Below, one piece after another: positions 47,588 to 56,231 of a stretch of 64,000 bases of DNA. The notes beneath the pieces were generated by a model that saw only the letters and a list, made by a program, of their open reading frames with translations, was not told where the DNA came from and did not search any database. Origin of the DNA: Candidatus Aminicenantes bacterium (GTDB taxonomy: Bacteria; Acidobacteriota; Aminicenantia; Aminicenantales; Aminicenantaceae); contig JASFPP010000001.1 of NCBI GenBank assembly GCA_050115915.1, forward strand, positions 3,116-67,115, given 5' to 3'. Position numbers and translations under genes: made by a program. Each line of letters begins with the position of its first letter. Within the stretch, counting starts at the first letter, position 1.

Positions 47588-48545
47588 GATTATCGGAATT
47601 TTCTTAGTTCTTGTGGCTGCCGTAGGGTTGTTCGGGCAGGATATAGTCGAGGCGATCGTAGCTGTTGTCAATGACGATATCATCACTCTTTCTGAATACA
47701 AGCAAGAATATAACTCCCGGATGAGGATGTTGAGAGCGCAACTTCAGGGAGAAGAGTTGATTGAACAGCAGGAGATCATGAAAAATAACCTCCTGGAATC
47801 TTTGATAACGGATAAACTCCTTCTCCAAGAAGCGAGAAAGCTCGGCCTTAATGTCACAGAGCAAATGAGGATGACACTCGATAATATCAAGAGAGAAAAT
47901 AACCTGACATCTGATGAACAACTCAAAAGAGCCCTCGCCCAGCAGGGCATAGCTTATGAGGATTTTTTGAACCAGATGGAACAGAATATGCTGAAACAGA
48001 ACATCATTTTTAATAAGGTGGGGAGCAAAATTGTGATCGACGACTCAGAGATCGTGAGCTATTACAAGGTCCATCAGGAGGATTTTATCGAGCCTATCGA
48101 GTACACTCTCAAAATGATCTACATCGCCGGCGAGGGGAAAAGCTCTGAGGAGATTGAAAGCAAAAAGGGGGAGATCGACAACAGGCTCGACACGAATGGG
48201 GATTTCGGTCAGGTGGCGGGGGAGTTTTCCGAAGGCCCGGAAAAAGATGCACAGGGAGACCTGGGAAGCTACAAAGAGGGAGAATTACAGAAGGAGCTGG
48301 AACAAGCCGTAGAAAATCTGGAGGTGGATGCTGTAACGTCCTGGTTGAACATGCAGGGAGGATGGGTCAGGTTAAAACTTGTGGGGAAAAAAGACAGGCG
48401 CCTGAAAGAGTTTCAAGATGTCCGCAAAGAAATCGAAGGGATAATCTTCGAAGAAAGGCAGCAGGAAGAGTTGGATAAATATCTGCGTGATATCCGGTCT
48501 AAGAGTTATATTAAGGTTCTGATAGGCGACCCTTCCATCGATTGA
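47565..48545 (+). CDS. SurA N-domain chaperone-like protein with degenerate parvulin domain
   Basis: Signal peptide, SurA-N-like helical region (IVAVVNDDIITLSEYKQ), and a C-terminal region aligned to parvulin that lacks the catalytic His/Met pattern. Confidence 0.6.
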   Translation: MIMMRANKIIGIFLVLVAAVGLFGQDIVEAIVAVVNDDIITLSEYKQEYNSRMRMLRAQLQGEELIEQQEIMKNNLLESLITDKLLLQEARKLGLNVTEQMRMTLDNIKRENNLTSDEQLKRALAQQGIAYEDFLNQMEQNMLKQNIIFNKVGSKIVIDDSEIVSYYKVHQEDFIEPIEYTLKMIYIAGEGKSSEEIESKKGEIDNRLDTNGDFGQVAGEFSEGPEKDAQGDLGSYKEGELQKELEQAVENLEVDAVTSWLNMQGGWVRLKLVGKKDRRLKEFQDVRKEIEGIIFEERQQEELDKYLRDIRSKSYIKVLIGDPSID

Positions 48546-48568
48546 TGTGAATTATTCATCTCATTATT

Positions 48569-49120
48569 CTAGGGGAGACAGACAGCGGCGGCGACAGCTG
48601 TTGTCCACAGTCCTTTTTTTCCTGTGGCGATCTGGGTGATGCTTTGAGTTCTGACGGAATGAGTGCTTGAGATATCGTAGCGATTTTTTTTCTCGTTCCA
48701 GATCTCCTTGGTGTCGAAAGACTCCCCCAGTGTTGTGGCCAACATGTATGCGGCTAAATCTGCGGCATATTCCCCTGCCTCCTCCTCGCCCATACCAAAG
48801 GCATGATGTTCGGCGAGATAGCCATGGTGGTTGGGATCGCTGGGCTGGGCCAGCCCGATCGAGGCAGAGATCAGCCTGTGTGCCTCTTCGGTGGCGGTAT
48901 CGCTCATCACCAGGAAGAGGATTTGTCCGGGTTGGAGAAGTTTTAGGCCCTCCTCTCTAGAAATGAGGGAACAATTAGGGGGAAAAATACTGGTGATCTT
49001 GACGAGATTGTATGGAGCAATCCCCGCCTCTCTTAGAGCGATCTCAAAACTGGCCAACTTCTCCCTGTGTTGCCCCATTCCTTTTGTCAGGAAAATCTTC
49101 GTCGGTAAAATCGTATTCAT
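48569..49120 (-). CDS. pdaD: pyruvoyl-dependent arginine decarboxylase
   Basis: PdaD family hallmark PTKIFLTKGMGQH...YNLVKITSIFPP with the self-cleavage serine in the TSI motif; 183 aa. Confidence 0.85.
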   Translation of the reverse strand: MNTILPTKIFLTKGMGQHREKLASFEIALREAGIAPYNLVKITSIFPPNCSLISREEGLKLLQPGQILFLVMSDTATEEAHRLISASIGLAQPSDPNHHGYLAEHHAFGMGEEEAGEYAADLAAYMLATTLGESFDTKEIWNEKKNRYDISSTHSVRTQSITQIATGKKGLWTTAVAAAVCLP

Positions 49121-49179
49121 GTTCGATTCCTGTCTGAAAAATTGAATAAATCTCGGATGATTGTGGTCAAAGTGGGGTT

Positions 49180-49776
49180 TTAATTCTCCTGTTTTTTCTC
49201 TTCTTTTTTGAGGCCTTTATCCTCTTCTGTCTCTTTTTTGTCGATTCCCACTGGCTCCGGTTCTACGAAGTCGATCCTCCTGGAGATCTCGTATTCTCCC
49301 AGAGGCAAAAATTGGGATCCTTTGGACTGGGCGAAGAGCCTGACCACTACAGTCTTCCAGTGCGGGTTGTCTTTGAAGGTAGCCAGCGATTTTCCTTCAA
49401 CACCATAGTTGCTCTTGAGTGTGATGACGTCGCTTTCCTCTCCTGGGGGAACGGGATCGTTTCGGATGGCGGCCAGGAAAGAATCCCCCAGGTTTTCAAA
49501 ATCGCCCATGAACCTGAAATTGGCGTTAAAATTGATATATTTGAGTGGTGAGTCAGTTGTGTTTTTCACGCGGAAAGAAATGGCGGGGACAAGAATCAGG
49601 CGCGGGGGCCATGGTTGATAATATTTGTCCGTCCAGAAAGTATCCACATCCAGAATTTCGATAGAAGACTCGAGGTCTTCAGCGGTAATTGTCTTCCACA
49701 GGCCGGCCTTCTGGAGGACAAAAACGAGAATAACAGCCAGGATGATCACTACAAAAAGAAACGCGTATCTTTTCAT
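49180..49776 (-). CDS. hypothetical membrane-anchored periplasmic protein with Lys/Glu-rich C-terminus
   Basis: N-terminal TM anchor MKRYAFLFVVIILAVILVFVL, 198 aa, no known motif. Confidence 0.45.
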   Translation of the reverse strand: MKRYAFLFVVIILAVILVFVLQKAGLWKTITAEDLESSIEILDVDTFWTDKYYQPWPPRLILVPAISFRVKNTTDSPLKYINFNANFRFMGDFENLGDSFLAAIRNDPVPPGEESDVITLKSNYGVEGKSLATFKDNPHWKTVVVRLFAQSKGSQFLPLGEYEISRRIDFVEPEPVGIDKKETEEDKGLKKEEKKQEN

Positions 49777-49866
49777 GAATCTCCTCCTTGGGACTCCTTC
49801 AATAATAATCTATATTGTACATTTATTCAATGGGATTATCTCACTCTCAAAGCCTGAAATCTGGGG

Positions 49867-51117
49867 TCAGGGCGTTTGGACGATCTGGGAGGCGAGAACG
49901 GGCTCAAGACCGTATTCGTCGACGAGGTGAAAACTCTCCTTGAGCACTTTGAGGGTCTCTTTGGTCGGGTGGCAGATCCCGAGAGCGAATCCGTTTTTTT
50001 GTGCTCGCCGGAAAAGTTCGATGAGCTGCCCCCGGATGTAGCTTTCATCCGGTTCTCCATCCAGAAAAACATGGCGATAAGCGGACGGGATATTCAGGCT
50101 TTGTGCGATATTGTAGGCAACAGAGCCGCTGGTCGTTCGACTGTCTATGAAGAAGAGATCCCTGTCTTTGAGACGTTCCAGAATGATGTTCATCAGTTTT
50201 GAATTGGCTGTGATCTTCGAGCCCATGTGGTTGTTGACACCCCGGATATAGGGGACTTGATCGAGGTTCTTTTCGAGGATCGCAATGATCTCCGCTTCGC
50301 TCATCTCAGAAGTGATCATGCCTTTGCTGTTGTTGCTGCCGTTGTTGTTGATCGCTTCCAGAGGAAGATGAAGGATGACTTCAAGGTCGTGCTGTCTGGA
50401 TATGGTGGCGATTTCTGAAGCCAAAGGACTGAAGGGGATGATGGCGATTGTAAGGGGCCTGCCGATGGCACATAACTCATTGATAGCCTCCAGGCTGTAT
50501 CCCATGTCATCCACAATAAGCGCCACCTTGCTCGCGCCCGGCAGCGGTGTGGTTTTTCGCGCAATCTTGACACCCTCTTTTGCGCACGAAAAAAGAACAG
50601 TGAGTCTGTGCTCCCGAGTATCCTGCGCTTGCCAGAGATAGTACTTTTTCTCATCGGTCTGTTGCTCCTCTTTTTCTGTGATCTGGATAGAGAGCTCATT
50701 AAATGTTTCGAAAAAGGAAGACTCCAACTCGCTGTATTTTTTGATGGGGATGTCGACTAATAAATGATCTACACCATCCTCATCCGTGAAGAGATTGACG
50801 GACTCATCGGGGATACCCGATTCAGTGACGGTCTTCAGAAGCGCTTGAGCAATAGAAACTTTTTCCCCGGCTTTTTTGGCCTCCTCGGCTTCCCTCAATT
50901 CCTTGGCTTTATCTTCGAGTGCTCTGATTCTGGCACTGCGCGCCATTGCGTACTTCGTTGGATATAGCACTGAAAAAACATAGGACTCCAGGCCGCGCTT
51001 CCATCCGATGTAGTCCAAACCCAGAGACGAGAGGATAACCAGGCATACAAGAAATATGTGAATTCCGGGGGAAAGTTTCTCTGGAAGGCTAGCTTTTTGT
51101 GATCTGGAAGCCCTCAT
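49867..51117 (-). CDS. divergent polysaccharide deacetylase family protein (YibQ-like)
   Basis: N-terminal TM segment. The core VALIVDDMGYS...LTIAIIPFSPLASEIA...EVILHLPLE matches the YibQ/divergent polysaccharide deacetylase family. Confidence 0.75.
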   Translation of the reverse strand: MRASRSQKASLPEKLSPGIHIFLVCLVILSSLGLDYIGWKRGLESYVFSVLYPTKYAMARSARIRALEDKAKELREAEEAKKAGEKVSIAQALLKTVTESGIPDESVNLFTDEDGVDHLLVDIPIKKYSELESSFFETFNELSIQITEKEEQQTDEKKYYLWQAQDTREHRLTVLFSCAKEGVKIARKTTPLPGASKVALIVDDMGYSLEAINELCAIGRPLTIAIIPFSPLASEIATISRQHDLEVILHLPLEAINNNGSNNSKGMITSEMSEAEIIAILEKNLDQVPYIRGVNNHMGSKITANSKLMNIILERLKDRDLFFIDSRTTSGSVAYNIAQSLNIPSAYRHVFLDGEPDESYIRGQLIELFRRAQKNGFALGICHPTKETLKVLKESFHLVDEYGLEPVLASQIVQTP

Positions 51118-51123
51118 GGACGA

Positions 51124-52263
51124 TTAATTGGCAAGAAGTTCTTCGGTTGCTTTGAGATAGGCGTTTGAGGTCCTGTCCTCGCCATCGATTTTAACATCCG
51201 GTTCTATTCCCTTCTCCCAAAAATCCTTGTTCTTTTTCATATGAAAGACAGCAGAGGTCAGCAGGAGACCGCTTCCGTCATCCAAAGGTATGAACTGCTG
51301 CTTGGAGACGAGACCGGGAGTTTGGAGGCCGATCACTCTTGCTTTTTTGTTCACTTTGAGTACGGCGGCAATGGCCTCGGCCGCTCCGATTGTGGCCTCG
51401 TTTGTCCAGACGACGAGCGGCAAATTCGCCAGCTCTGTTTTGGATTGGAGCGCCAGAGTTTCCTTTTTCCCCTGGTTGTTCTCGAAGTACCCGGATGCTG
51501 AGTCCTCCAAGAAAAAATTGAGAAAATTCTCGGCTTCTTCGATATCTCCCTCAGCACAGTCTCTCAAGTCAATGATGAGCGGTTTTTTCTTCGTCTTTAG
51601 AGTGGGCAGCAACTCTTCCTTAAGGTTGTTTACACAAGGCGGATAGAGCCGCCTGATTTTTAATAGGCCACTCGTGCCCTTTGTCGCAGTGTAATGAAAG
51701 GTTTCTGTCGGTATCGCAACCCTTTCTAATCTGAGGATTTCAGAATCGCTTCCCCTCAGAATTTTGAGCATCACAGGATCTGTGGACTTGTCCTTCAGCA
51801 AAAGGTTCACCTCGATCATGCTCATGGGCAGTGTGGAGCGCCCGTTCATTATGCTGACTGATTCACCCAGCTTCAGTCCTGCCTTTGCGGCAGGAGAATT
51901 CTCCTTTATGCCGATGATAACGGGGAAGCTTCCATAGGTCTTATACAGTGTTATCCCGGTTTCTTTGAGGTCAGCATCTCTTCGCTGTTCGTACCTAGAG
52001 ACCGCCTCCTTGTCCAGATAGCTTGAGAGAATATCCAAAGAATCGACCAGACCCCGGAAGGCCCCGTCCATAGTTTTTAAAGGATTGGGCTCTTCGACGT
52101 ATTCGTCCCTTATAAGATACGCGACATTCCCCACGAGTTTGAATTGGTCATCGGAGGAGTTATTCCGGGACAATCCGGGAAGAAAATTCTTTTCGAGAAG
52201 AACGAACAGAAGGACGGTAAGAAGGGCGGGAATGAGTATAAACTTTATTCTTCCGATAGCCAT
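51124..52263 (-). CDS. S41 family C-terminal processing peptidase (CtpA-like) with PDZ domain
   Basis: PDZ segment VIIGIKENSPAAKAGLKLGESV and S41 catalytic region (LIIDLRDCAEGDIEEAENFLNFF; TNEATIGAAEAIA). Confidence 0.85.
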   Translation of the reverse strand: MAIGRIKFILIPALLTVLLFVLLEKNFLPGLSRNNSSDDQFKLVGNVAYLIRDEYVEEPNPLKTMDGAFRGLVDSLDILSSYLDKEAVSRYEQRRDADLKETGITLYKTYGSFPVIIGIKENSPAAKAGLKLGESVSIMNGRSTLPMSMIEVNLLLKDKSTDPVMLKILRGSDSEILRLERVAIPTETFHYTATKGTSGLLKIRRLYPPCVNNLKEELLPTLKTKKKPLIIDLRDCAEGDIEEAENFLNFFLEDSASGYFENNQGKKETLALQSKTELANLPLVVWTNEATIGAAEAIAAVLKVNKKARVIGLQTPGLVSKQQFIPLDDGSGLLLTSAVFHMKKNKDFWEKGIEPDVKIDGEDRTSNAYLKATEELLAN

Positions 52264-52290
52264 TTTAACGAACCAAGACCATCAATTGTA

Positions 52291-53475
52291 TCATCTTCGT
52301 TTTAGCCATTGCAAGGGATTAAGGGGCTTTGTCTTGAAGCGGATCTCGAAATACAGGGTTGTTCCCTTGAGAGAACTGTAATCTCCCACCAACGCTATAG
52401 ATTGGTCGGCCTGGACAGGGTCTCCCTTCTTGACGAGAAAGTCAGAGCAGTGTCCATAGAGCGTGTAATAGCTCATCCCGTGATCGATGATGATGAGGTT
52501 TCCATAACCCTGGAAGTGGTCTGAGTACGCCACTGTCCCCGGATGGACGCACCTGACAACCATGTCTTTTCTGGGAGCAATTTCGATCCCATTGTTCATG
52601 GTTGTGGTGTTGAAACGCGGGTGCCTTTGGAGACCGAAGCGTGTCACGACCCTCCCCGTCAAGGGCCATGAGAGAGCCGCTTTTTTTTCATAGAGCGGGA
52701 TAAGCGTGATTGTGGGAGGGATCTTGCTGTTCAGGATCTTTTTCATCAATTTTTGGAGCTGTTCGGCCCGGTCTTCGAGCTCGCCCATTGTTTTCAAGTG
52801 GATTTTCTTATTCTGATCGATCTCACGGACGAGGTCCCTGTTCTTTTTTTCCTCGCCCTCGAGATCCTGTTTTTTTTGTTGGGCGGCCTGGATGAGTCCT
52901 GAGATCTCCTGTTTTTTTTCTGCGAGTTTTTTCTCTGCGGCATTGAGTTCATTCAGGATCTGGAGATAGTCTGCCACAATTTTATCCTGATGCTGGGCCA
53001 GGAGAACCAAATGCTTATTTCCCTGTAGAAGACTGCCCATGTCGTCGGCCTCGATGATAAAATCGATAAAATCGATCCTTCCATATTTGTAAAGGATTGT
53101 TAGAATTTTTCCGATGGATTCTTTTTCTTCCTCGAGCGTTGCCCTCAGCTCGGGTATCTTTCTATTGAGTGCCGACAGTTCCTTATTGGCTTTTCTCATC
53201 TGAATGTTATAGAGCGAGATCTCTTTTTTGATCAGTCTTTTGTTGGTGCTGATCCTGTCCAACTGAGTGAGGATCGACGCCTTTTTCCTCTCGTCCCTTT
53301 TGATCCGCGTTTTAAGGATCTCGATCTCTCCGGCGATCTCTTGCAGGCGCTTTTCGTAGTCTGCGATTTCCTCCTGGCCGGAGATAAGGGGAGAAGAAAG
53401 GATTGCCGGCAGACAAAAAACGATCAGGATAAAACACAAAAGATATCTAGCCATACGTCGATGACACCAAATCAC
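52291..53475 (-). CDS. M23 peptidase-domain murein hydrolase activator (EnvC/NlpD-like)
   Basis: Signal peptide, ~250 aa coiled coil, C-terminal LytM/M23 domain (GIEIAPRKDMVVRCVHPGTVAYSDHFQGYGNLIIIDHG). Confidence 0.8.
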   Translation of the reverse strand: MIWCHRRMARYLLCFILIVFCLPAILSSPLISGQEEIADYEKRLQEIAGEIEILKTRIKRDERKKASILTQLDRISTNKRLIKKEISLYNIQMRKANKELSALNRKIPELRATLEEEKESIGKILTILYKYGRIDFIDFIIEADDMGSLLQGNKHLVLLAQHQDKIVADYLQILNELNAAEKKLAEKKQEISGLIQAAQQKKQDLEGEEKKNRDLVREIDQNKKIHLKTMGELEDRAEQLQKLMKKILNSKIPPTITLIPLYEKKAALSWPLTGRVVTRFGLQRHPRFNTTTMNNGIEIAPRKDMVVRCVHPGTVAYSDHFQGYGNLIIIDHGMSYYTLYGHCSDFLVKKGDPVQADQSIALVGDYSSLKGTTLYFEIRFKTKPLNPLQWLKRR

Positions 53476-53532
53476 ATTTCCTCATGCCCATAATACCACA
53501 CTCTATTGAGTCACACGAGTCGATCAAAAATT

Positions 53533-54477
53533 TTATTTTCTGAAGACATAGATGATCCCGCCCAGTAATCCAACGATCAGCATGAAAGCGAGGTCGATCC
53601 AGGAAAAGGAAATAGCGGCCGCAGATGAGATCCCGTAATATCTGAATATCTCCATGTAGGCACCCTCCCTCAATCCCAGCCCGTTGATGGTTATGGGGAT
53701 GAGCAGGATTAAGTGCACGATGGGGATGAAGATGAAATAATCCAGGAGGGCGATGTCCAGATGGAGGGCCTCTCCTATTAGATAGTAATGAATGATCACG
53801 TTGATCTGAAGGAGTGTCGCCCAGAAAAAAGCCTTGCCGAGAGCCCCTTTTCTCTTCTTGTAGTCAAGGATGGTCTGTCTGAATTGATGTGTCTTTTCTT
53901 TGATGGTGCCAAACGGCTTTTGTTCCGGAAGTTTCTCGAGAATGAGGTCCGCTAGAGGCGTGAGAAAGAGAGAGAGCAGGCCCAATCCGAAAACACTTAT
54001 GATGAGTGCCACCCAGATCACAGGAAATTGCCTGGCCATATCGAGCCGAATAAGGGATGCACAAAGGGCAAAGAGAAAAAGGACCAGAACGCCGGACAGT
54101 CGTTCGACAAGAACGATTGCTGAAGATTTTACGAGGGATTTGGAATAGCGGGAGCCGTCCCAGATGCGGACCACATCGCCGCCGATCCGTGTGGGTAGGA
54201 AGAGGTTGAAGAAGGATCCGACCAGGTAGGATTTTATCAGAAAGCCGAGGGGCACCCAGTCATCCTGGGCTTTGATGAGGATCTGCCAGCGGATGGCGCT
54301 GATCACGAGGCCAAGGGCATGGAGGGAAAAAGAAATTGCCAGCCAGAAATGATCGGCCTCTTTGATCGTGACAAAGATGTCTTTGAGCGAAGCTTGAGAG
54401 ATCAGGATATAGGCAAGGGCCGAGGCGCTAATAATGAATTTGAGCGTGAAGGCAAGGAGGTCCTTTTTTTTCGCCAT
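53533..54477 (-). CDS. UPF0104 / lysylphosphatidylglycerol-synthase-TM-region family membrane protein (flippase-like, HpnL-like)
   Basis: 314 aa, 8 predicted TM helices, conserved RIGGD (LPTRIGGDVVRIWD) typical of UPF0104/TIGR00374 proteins. Confidence 0.65.
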   Translation of the reverse strand: MAKKKDLLAFTLKFIISASALAYILISQASLKDIFVTIKEADHFWLAISFSLHALGLVISAIRWQILIKAQDDWVPLGFLIKSYLVGSFFNLFLPTRIGGDVVRIWDGSRYSKSLVKSSAIVLVERLSGVLVLFLFALCASLIRLDMARQFPVIWVALIISVFGLGLLSLFLTPLADLILEKLPEQKPFGTIKEKTHQFRQTILDYKKRKGALGKAFFWATLLQINVIIHYYLIGEALHLDIALLDYFIFIPIVHLILLIPITINGLGLREGAYMEIFRYYGISSAAAISFSWIDLAFMLIVGLLGGIIYVFRK

Positions 54478-54495
54478 TCAAGCTACCCACAGGCT

Positions 54496-56223
54496 CTATC
54501 TATTTTTTTTAAAAAAGTAATCCCTAGTGACTTTTCCGAGAAATCCGCTTAACAGGATCAGGGACACAAGGTTGGGAAAGGCCATAAAGGCATTGGCGGT
54601 ATCTCCGATGAGCCAGACGATATTCAGGTGGACACCCTGCAGGATCGACCCAGCGAAAAGCAGACCGAGAAAGACCATTCGATAGGAATAAATGACGCCT
54701 TCGCCGAAGATATACTCAAGGCATTTTTCTCCGTAAAAACACCAGCCCAAAAGCGTGGAGTATCCGAAGAGGAAAGAACTAAGGGCAATGATATATCCCC
54801 CGTTTGGAATCACAGAATCGAAAGCGGCTGCTGTAAGTGCAGTTGAGGTCAATCCGTCTGTGGCGCCGAAAGCCGCGGTTTTGAGGTACATTCCTGTGAT
54901 AACAATCGATAGGGTAGTGAGAGTGTTCACAACTAAGGTATCGATAAATGTTCCCGTCATTGCGATCAGGCCGTTTTTAGAGGGATCCGAGGATTTGGAG
55001 GCGGATTGGGCGATCCCTGCGGATCCCAATCCCGACTCGTTGGAAAGCAGTCCGCGACGCACGCCGATCTGAATCACCTGTTTCATGGATGTGCCGACCA
55101 TGGCCCCACCCACGGCTTTGACCGAGAAGGCTGATTTAAAAATGACGGACAGAGCTGCCGGTAAATTTGTGATGTTCGATACAATGACCACAATGGCCCC
55201 GCAGAAGTAGAGGATGATCATGGTAGGGACTAAACGCTCGGATACGCCGCCGATTCTTTTGATCCCCCCCAGGATGACGGCACCGACCATGGTTGTGATA
55301 ACCAGACCAGTCAACCAGAAGGGGACGCCGAACTGGTCGTTGAACGCCAGGGCCATGGAGTTGGATTGCGCCATGTTTCCTGTGCCGAAAAGACAGGTGA
55401 ACGCCCCACAGATGGCGAAGAACATCCCCATGAACTTGGCTAATTTTTCCTTCTTTATGCCCATACGGGCGTAATACATCGGGCCGCCAGACATCTCCCC
55501 TCGTTTATTCTTCACTCGAAATTTGACTCCGAAGAACCCCTCTGCATATTTTGTGGCCATTCCGAGAAAACCCGCAATCCACATCCAAACCGGAGCACCG
55601 GGTCCGCCTGTGGCGATGGCTGTCGCGACACCGGCGATGTTCCCGTTCCCGACCGTTGCGGCAAGGGCGGTCATCAGTGCGGCATAGGGAGAGATATCTC
55701 CCTCCTCCTTATCGAGTTTATCCTTGTGGAGAGCACCTCTCAGGACCATTTTCAGGGAGAGGATAAGCCGGCGCACTTGGATCAAACGACAGATGTATGT
55801 CAAAAGGATGCCGACACCGAGAAGCAGAAAAACCATGACAGGGAACCAGACAAAATCACTGAAATCCTTGATGGAGATGAGAAACTTATCGAGGAACGAA
55901 AGGCTTATGGACAGGTCGATAACCAGAGCTTCATCACTGTCTTTGATATCGATCTCGCGCTCGACAGGTGTCAATCCATACAGATCCATCTTGAGGATAT
56001 GCCGACCTGGCGAAAGATCCGTGAATAGGTAGTTCCCCTCTTGATCGATCTCGGATTTGATAAAGACCTCTTCTTCGATGGGTCTAATCAATACAGAGCC
56101 TTTGGTGTACGGCTCGCCTTTGGGAGTCAGAGTCACCTTGCCTTTAACCTCCGCAGCTCGAAGGGTTGAAGGGCCGACGACAAGCAGGACCAAGATCAAA
56201 GAAACGATGAGTTTTTTTGTCAT
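54496..56223 (-). CDS. alanine/glycine:cation symporter (AGCS family) fused to an N-terminal secreted beta-sandwich (carboxypeptidase-regulatory-like) domain
   Basis: AGCS signature ALMTALAATVGNGNIAGVATAIATGGPGAPVWMW. It is preceded by a signal peptide plus a ~100-aa domain (AAEVKGKVTLTPKGEPYTKGSVLIRPIEEE...GNYLFTDLSPGRHILKM) resembling CarboxypepD_reg/Ig-like folds. Confidence 0.85.
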   Translation of the reverse strand: MTKKLIVSLILVLLVVGPSTLRAAEVKGKVTLTPKGEPYTKGSVLIRPIEEEVFIKSEIDQEGNYLFTDLSPGRHILKMDLYGLTPVEREIDIKDSDEALVIDLSISLSFLDKFLISIKDFSDFVWFPVMVFLLLGVGILLTYICRLIQVRRLILSLKMVLRGALHKDKLDKEEGDISPYAALMTALAATVGNGNIAGVATAIATGGPGAPVWMWIAGFLGMATKYAEGFFGVKFRVKNKRGEMSGGPMYYARMGIKKEKLAKFMGMFFAICGAFTCLFGTGNMAQSNSMALAFNDQFGVPFWLTGLVITTMVGAVILGGIKRIGGVSERLVPTMIILYFCGAIVVIVSNITNLPAALSVIFKSAFSVKAVGGAMVGTSMKQVIQIGVRRGLLSNESGLGSAGIAQSASKSSDPSKNGLIAMTGTFIDTLVVNTLTTLSIVITGMYLKTAAFGATDGLTSTALTAAAFDSVIPNGGYIIALSSFLFGYSTLLGWCFYGEKCLEYIFGEGVIYSYRMVFLGLLFAGSILQGVHLNIVWLIGDTANAFMAFPNLVSLILLSGFLGKVTRDYFFKKNR

Positions 56224-56231
56224 ATTTTCCG

